30,140 nucleotides of DNA, from the IMG/VR virus record IMGVR_UViG_3300032330_000331, positions 1 through 30,140 of that record. One strand, 5' to 3'. The notes below the pieces were generated by a model. The model saw only the letters and a program-made list of their open reading frames with translations. It had not been told where the DNA came from and did not search any database. How positions within the stretch are numbered: the stretch's first letter is position 1; each line of letters starts with the position of its first letter. This document shows, in pieces, positions 25,839-30,140 of the stretch. This DNA is from a virus. Its lineage: Duplodnaviria; Caudoviricetes. A program made the position numbers and the translations under genes.

Positions 25839-25863
25839 AAACGTTTTAATACTTTGTACGTTT
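25839..25863 (+). promoter_or_regulatory. Putative phage-sigma late promoter
   Basis: AAAC-N16-CGTTT right after terminator, 7 nt before ATG 25871. Confidence 0.6.
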
Positions 25864-25870
25864 AATATGT

Positions 25871-26203
25871 ATGATAGTATTAACGCCTTCTACATCAGCA
25901 CAGACTTTTTCGTTTATTCCTAGATTCGAGGGATATACAACAATGACAATAACCGATGAACAAACGAATGTAACTACAACAGTTGCAATTTCATCAAATA
26001 CATCTAACGGCTATACAAACACGATTACTGCAACATTTGCTTTAAAGAACAATCATACCTACACATTACTATTAAGCACAGGAGGAACAATTTGTTTTAA
26101 AGACAAAGTTTTCTGTACTGATCAATCAATTTCGACATTCTCCGTAAATAACGGACAATATACTTCTAATGCCACAACAAACACTTTCATAGTTTATGAG
26201 TGA
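25871..26203 (+). CDS. Small structural protein (possible head closure)
   Basis: 110 aa Thr-rich beta protein before portal. Confidence 0.55.
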   Translation: MIVLTPSTSAQTFSFIPRFEGYTTMTITDEQTNVTTTVAISSNTSNGYTNTITATFALKNNHTYTLLLSTGGTICFKDKVFCTDQSISTFSVNNGQYTSNATTNTFIVYE

Positions 26204-27944
26204 TAACATACATATTTTAAGCCTAAGTGCTTACACAACGCCTACAATTCAAGAATCTAAAAGAGATAATTGGGTTGAATTTGGTGAGGATAATAATTTC
26301 TATTCTTATTTAATTGATAGATACACAAACTCTACTACAAATTCGGCTATTATAAACAACATTTCACGCTTAGTTTACGGAAAAGGTTTATCTGCATTAG
26401 ATGCTTCAAAAAAACCTGCTGAGTATGCTCAAATGATGACGTTATTCAGTAAGGATGATGTACGTAAAATTGTAATGGATCGTAAAATGTTAGGTCAATT
26501 TGCTATTCAAGTACACTACAATGACAAACATGATAAGATTCTAAAGGTTTACCATATGCCTGTTAATCTTTTAAGAGCAGAGAAATGTAATAAAGACGGA
26601 GAAATAGCAGGTTATTACTATTCTGACGATTGGACAGATACAAAGAAATTTACACCAGTGCGTTATTCTGCATTTGGAATGTCAAAAGATAAGGTAGAAA
26701 TCTTATTTTCTAAACCTTATGCAGTTGGGATGAAATACTACGCTTATCCTGACTATCAAGGGGCTTTACCTTATGCACTTTTGGAAGAAGAAATTGCAGA
26801 TTATTTAATCAACGAAGTACAAAACGGATTCTCAGGAACTCGTGTGATTAACTTTTCTAATGGTGTACCTAGTGAAGAGCAACAATCAATCATTTCTTCT
26901 AAGATAAATGCACAATTATCAGGTGCTAGAGGAATGAAAACAGTTATTTCATTTAACGACAACGTTGAATCAAAGACTACGATTGATGACATTCCTTTAA
27001 ATGATGCTCCTGAACATTACACTTACTTATCTGAAGAGTGTTTACGTAAGATTATGTTAGGTCATAACGTGACTTCTCCGCTATTATTTGGGGTGGCTAG
27101 TTCAAATGGATTCAGTTCTAATGCAGATGAGCTTAAAAACTCTGCTATTTTGTTTGATAACATGGTTATTAGACCAATGCAGGAAGAGTTATTAGACGCA
27201 TTTGATACTATTCTAGCATTTAACGGAATTGCTTTAAAACTTTTCTTTAGAACATTACAACCTTTAGAGTTCACAGACTTAGAAAATACGCAAACTGCAG
27301 AACAAATAGTTGAAGAAACAGGTACAGATGGAACTATGTTAAGTTCACATGCAAACGCATTAATTGATTTAGGTGAAGATGCAGATCCTAGTTGGATTTT
27401 GATTGATGAAAAACCTGTTGATTATGAAAATGACGATATTGAAAACGAAAATTTAGCAAAAGAAGATAAACAAAGTCTTTTAAGTAAAATTATAAATCTT
27501 GTCTCTACAGGTGATGCAAGACCTAACATAACAGATAAGCAAGATAAAACAATTGATGGCGTTAAATTCGTTGTGAGATACAAATACGAAGGTCAATTAA
27601 CTAAAAATCCTAGAGAATTTTGTACTGCAATGGTAAAGGCAAACAAACTTTACAGAAAACAAGATATTTTAAACATGGAAAATCAAGCAGTAAATCCAGG
27701 TTGGGGGCCAAAAGGTGCAGATACTTATTCTATATGGCTTTACAAAGGTGGTGGTAATTGCCATCATAGATGGAATAAGCAAGTATATGCAGTAATGTCA
27801 GGCAAAGCATTAGACTTACCAAATCAAAGACAAGTGGCACAGGCAAAAGCTGCAAAGTTTGGTTACACGGTAACTAATCCACAACTTGTTTCAACACGTC
27901 CTATAGATATGCCGAATCAAGGATTTTTACCTAAAAACAATTAA
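26196..27944 (+). CDS. Portal protein with C-terminal extension
   Basis: 582 aa; G.DN.F..YL, YY.YPDY, NGF, IMLGH.VTSPLLFG portal-like core; extra C-terminal REFC...KGGGNCHHRW domain. Confidence 0.75.
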   Translation: MSDNIHILSLSAYTTPTIQESKRDNWVEFGEDNNFYSYLIDRYTNSTTNSAIINNISRLVYGKGLSALDASKKPAEYAQMMTLFSKDDVRKIVMDRKMLGQFAIQVHYNDKHDKILKVYHMPVNLLRAEKCNKDGEIAGYYYSDDWTDTKKFTPVRYSAFGMSKDKVEILFSKPYAVGMKYYAYPDYQGALPYALLEEEIADYLINEVQNGFSGTRVINFSNGVPSEEQQSIISSKINAQLSGARGMKTVISFNDNVESKTTIDDIPLNDAPEHYTYLSEECLRKIMLGHNVTSPLLFGVASSNGFSSNADELKNSAILFDNMVIRPMQEELLDAFDTILAFNGIALKLFFRTLQPLEFTDLENTQTAEQIVEETGTDGTMLSSHANALIDLGEDADPSWILIDEKPVDYENDDIENENLAKEDKQSLLSKIINLVSTGDARPNITDKQDKTIDGVKFVVRYKYEGQLTKNPREFCTAMVKANKLYRKQDILNMENQAVNPGWGPKGADTYSIWLYKGGGNCHHRWNKQVYAVMSGKALDLPNQRQVAQAKAAKFGYTVTNPQLVSTRPIDMPNQGFLPKNN

Positions 27945-27946
27945 CA

Positions 27947-28447
27947 ATGGCAGAAGCTCTATTTATAACTCGTGACGACATCGTAAAATTTACTGCATTA
28001 AACGGAAATGTAGATACTGATAAATTTATTTCTTTTGTCAAAATTGCACAGGACATTCACATTCAAAATTATTTAGGTTCTAAACTATTCCAAAAGTTAC
28101 AAGCAGATGTTACTGCAAATACTCTTTCAGGTAATTATTTGAGTTTAGTTACTACTTATGTAAAACCAATGTTGATTCATTGGGCAATGGTTGAATATCT
28201 TCCTTTCGCAGCTTATTCAATCTCAAACAAAGGCGTTTACAAGCATTCATCTGAGAATGCACAGAACGTAGATAAAAACGAAGTTGATTATTTACTTGAA
28301 AAGGAACGTAGCATTGCTCAACACTATACAGAAAGATTCATAGACTATATGTCATTTAATCAGACTTTGTTTCCAGAGTTTAGAGCAAACAAGAATAACG
28401 ATATGTTCCCTGATTCACATAACAATTCTATTGGATGGTATCTGTAA
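27947..28447 (+). CDS. Head-tail adaptor-like protein
   Basis: 166 aa helical, AQDIHIQNYLGSKLF, directly after portal. Confidence 0.6.
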   Translation: MAEALFITRDDIVKFTALNGNVDTDKFISFVKIAQDIHIQNYLGSKLFQKLQADVTANTLSGNYLSLVTTYVKPMLIHWAMVEYLPFAAYSISNKGVYKHSSENAQNVDKNEVDYLLEKERSIAQHYTERFIDYMSFNQTLFPEFRANKNNDMFPDSHNNSIGWYL

Positions 28448-28536
28448 AAACTAAAGTATATAAACCGAAAGAAACTAACGTAGAGAAACTTCGTGTTTTT
28501 CTCGCTAAACTAAATAAAAACGAAAATGGCAAATAG
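28435..28536 (+). CDS. Basic peptide, 33 aa (MVSVKTKVYKPKETNVEKLRVFLAKL...), not in ORF track
   Basis: Overlaps both neighbours and fills the gap. Confidence 0.5.
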   Translation: MVSVKTKVYKPKETNVEKLRVFLAKLNKNENGK

Positions 28537-29449
28537 TAACGGATGGGGTGATGGTGCAGGAAACAACACAATTGGTTGGGGACAAGGTGCAAATAACACT
28601 ATTAGTTGGGGTAAATCTCATTCTTTATCTTCAGCAGGATTAACTGATATAGTAGGAACTACAGCTCCTTCTTATGATACGAATGCACAAGCATTTATTA
28701 CTGCAGCAAATATTACAGAAGTAACACAACAAACGGCAATAGATAATCTAGTTAAAGGATTAAAAACAGATGGGTTGTGGACATCTCTTTATGCTATTTA
28801 TCCTATAGTCGGAGGAACTGCTACAACTCATAAATATAACTTAAAAGACCCTAGAGATTTAGATGCTGCATATCGACTTCAATTCAACGGAGGTATGACA
28901 CATAGTTCAAACGGAATCTTATTCAATGGAACTAATGGATGGGCAGATACTTCAACAATAAATACTATTAATGCGTTTGGAGTATATACTAGAAATTCAA
29001 CTGATAATGGAACTGATTACATGGGTACTCAAGACTCATTCTATACTGATGATCCTGAAGGATCATTTTGGACACTTACTGCAGGTTATCAGGTAGCTTA
29101 TAGTGCTTATATTATATCCAATTTAAATGGCTATAGAAACACGAATAATACAATCAGAACAGGTTTATCTTCTGTAACAGTTGAAAGTGGTTTACAGAAA
29201 TTCTACAAAAACGGAGTTTTAAAAGATAGTGGAGCAAGTAATGGTTTGACAGGTGCAGGTTATACAATGGGAATCGGTGCTTTAAATCCTAATAGCAATA
29301 CATCGGGAGGTGGTAATGCAATCAATGGTTATTCAAATCAACAAATAGCATTTGCATTCTTAGGAAGTTCTACGCTAACACAAACACAAAATACCAATCT
29401 TTACACGAGAGTTCAAGCATTTCAAACAGCATTATCAAGAAACGTATGA
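28526..29449 (+). CDS. Virion accessory / fibre-like protein
   Basis: N-terminal GWG repeats, Gly/Asn/Thr-rich beta-sandwich-like body. Confidence 0.55.
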   Translation: MANSNGWGDGAGNNTIGWGQGANNTISWGKSHSLSSAGLTDIVGTTAPSYDTNAQAFITAANITEVTQQTAIDNLVKGLKTDGLWTSLYAIYPIVGGTATTHKYNLKDPRDLDAAYRLQFNGGMTHSSNGILFNGTNGWADTSTINTINAFGVYTRNSTDNGTDYMGTQDSFYTDDPEGSFWTLTAGYQVAYSAYIISNLNGYRNTNNTIRTGLSSVTVESGLQKFYKNGVLKDSGASNGLTGAGYTMGIGALNPNSNTSGGGNAINGYSNQQIAFAFLGSSTLTQTQNTNLYTRVQAFQTALSRNV

Positions 29450-29661
29450 TACAAGTAGCAATATTAAATCAATTACAAAAAGACGCATTAGAAGGCGTTC
29501 AATATGCACCGGATTGTTTTTATAATCCTATTTTAGATGCTTATGACGATTGGGTTATTTCACTTGAAGAAGTAAACGGTACAACTAATCCCGACACAAT
29601 GTGGGTTAAAGAATTAAATGTTTTAGATTACGCACCGAAACTTCCTGCAGATGAAATCTAA
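29446..29661 (+). CDS. Small acidic protein coupled to preceding structural gene
   Basis: 71 aa with ATGA overlap. Confidence 0.65.
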   Translation: MIQVAILNQLQKDALEGVQYAPDCFYNPILDAYDDWVISLEEVNGTTNPDTMWVKELNVLDYAPKLPADEI

Positions 29662-30076
29662 ACTTAGTCTTTTAGCTTTTTCTATATTTACGATTTTAAC
29701 ACCAGTAAAACCTTTAGTTATAATCGCAGTTTTATCAATTATTTTAGACACGTGTTTTGGAGTTTGGCGTTCAGTTAAAAAAGGAGGATGGAAGTCTATT
29801 CGTTCACGCAGACTGTCTCACACTATTTCTAAGACACTTTTGTACAGTGGTGCAATAGTTTTTGTGTTCTTGTTAGAAAAGTACGTTGTAGCTGATATTC
29901 TTGCACATTTCATTGAGATTGATTTATTAATGACAAAAGCGTTTACTTTTTTCTGCGTTTACACGGAAATAAAAAGTATTAACGAAAGCTACTTTTCAGT
30001 TACAGGAGTAAATGTTTGGGATAAGTTTGTGAAACTATTGAAACGATCAAAAGAAACTTTAGAAGATTTAAAATGA
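29651..30076 (+). CDS. Holin
   Basis: Several TM segments, D...G motif, E..SINE; directly upstream of endolysin. Confidence 0.8.
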   Translation: MKSKLSLLAFSIFTILTPVKPLVIIAVLSIILDTCFGVWRSVKKGGWKSIRSRRLSHTISKTLLYSGAIVFVFLLEKYVVADILAHFIEIDLLMTKAFTFFCVYTEIKSINESYFSVTGVNVWDKFVKLLKRSKETLEDLK

Positions 30077-30140
30077 CACTAATAGACAAATACGTTGCTT
30101 TCACTAAAAAATGGGAAGGTGGATTAAGTAGAGACAAATC
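30073..30140 (+). CDS. Endolysin, glycoside hydrolase 108-like (3'-truncated)
   Basis: MTLIDKYVAFTKKWEGGLSRDK contains the N-terminal EGG motif; ATGA overlap with holin. Only 22 codons visible. Confidence 0.65.
   Translation, partial: MTLIDKYVAFTKKWEGGLSRDK

Noticed and set aside
331-27274. Short minus-strand and nested alternate-frame ORFs in the track (e.g. 331..540, 531..719, 4836..5117, 9290..9487, 23549..24079, 24784..25065)
   Set aside because: They are shadows of well-supported + strand genes, with no recognisable motifs or expression signals.
1-30140. Apparent + strand excess of ACGGA / AAACACG words
   Set aside because: Not quantified; plausibly explained by NAC-GGA codon pairs and one-strand coding. 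A codon-shuffled null model would be needed.
1-30140. Diversity-generating retroelement, invertible fibre shufflon, or lysogeny module
   Set aside because: No reverse transcriptase, template/variable repeat pair, invertase, integrase or clear repressor was found. Both window ends are truncated, so their absence from the full genome is not proven.

Overview
The window is most of the genome of a small, AT-rich tailed dsDNA phage, probably a siphovirus of a Bacteroidota/Flavobacteriia host. Host assignment rests on repeated TAnnTTTG -7 promoter elements and A-rich start regions without Shine-Dalgarno sequences. All credible genes but one are on the + strand. The order is: 5'-truncated metallophosphoesterase; inverted GIY-YIG/HTH gene; repeat-rich control region; small early genes; replication initiator and helicase; NinG, ERF and exonuclease recombination module; mini-ORF region; phage ECF-type sigma factor; terminases; tail genes; tape measure; head genes; portal; holin; 3'-truncated GH108 endolysin. 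No integrase, tRNA, rRNA or CRISPR array was seen. The most notable signals are: (1) an array of unrelated mini-genes separated by four identical 20-bp repeats carrying their start codons and in most cases the upstream stop (8652-9328); (2) a kissing-loop leader RNA/attenuator ahead of the replication initiator; (3) a -1 frameshift site followed by about 270 nt coded in two frames; (4) an AAC-N15-17-CGT promoter set matching the phage sigma factor; (5) two candidate small RNAs antisense to typical start-codon regions. All product calls come from motif recognition by eye, not database searches.
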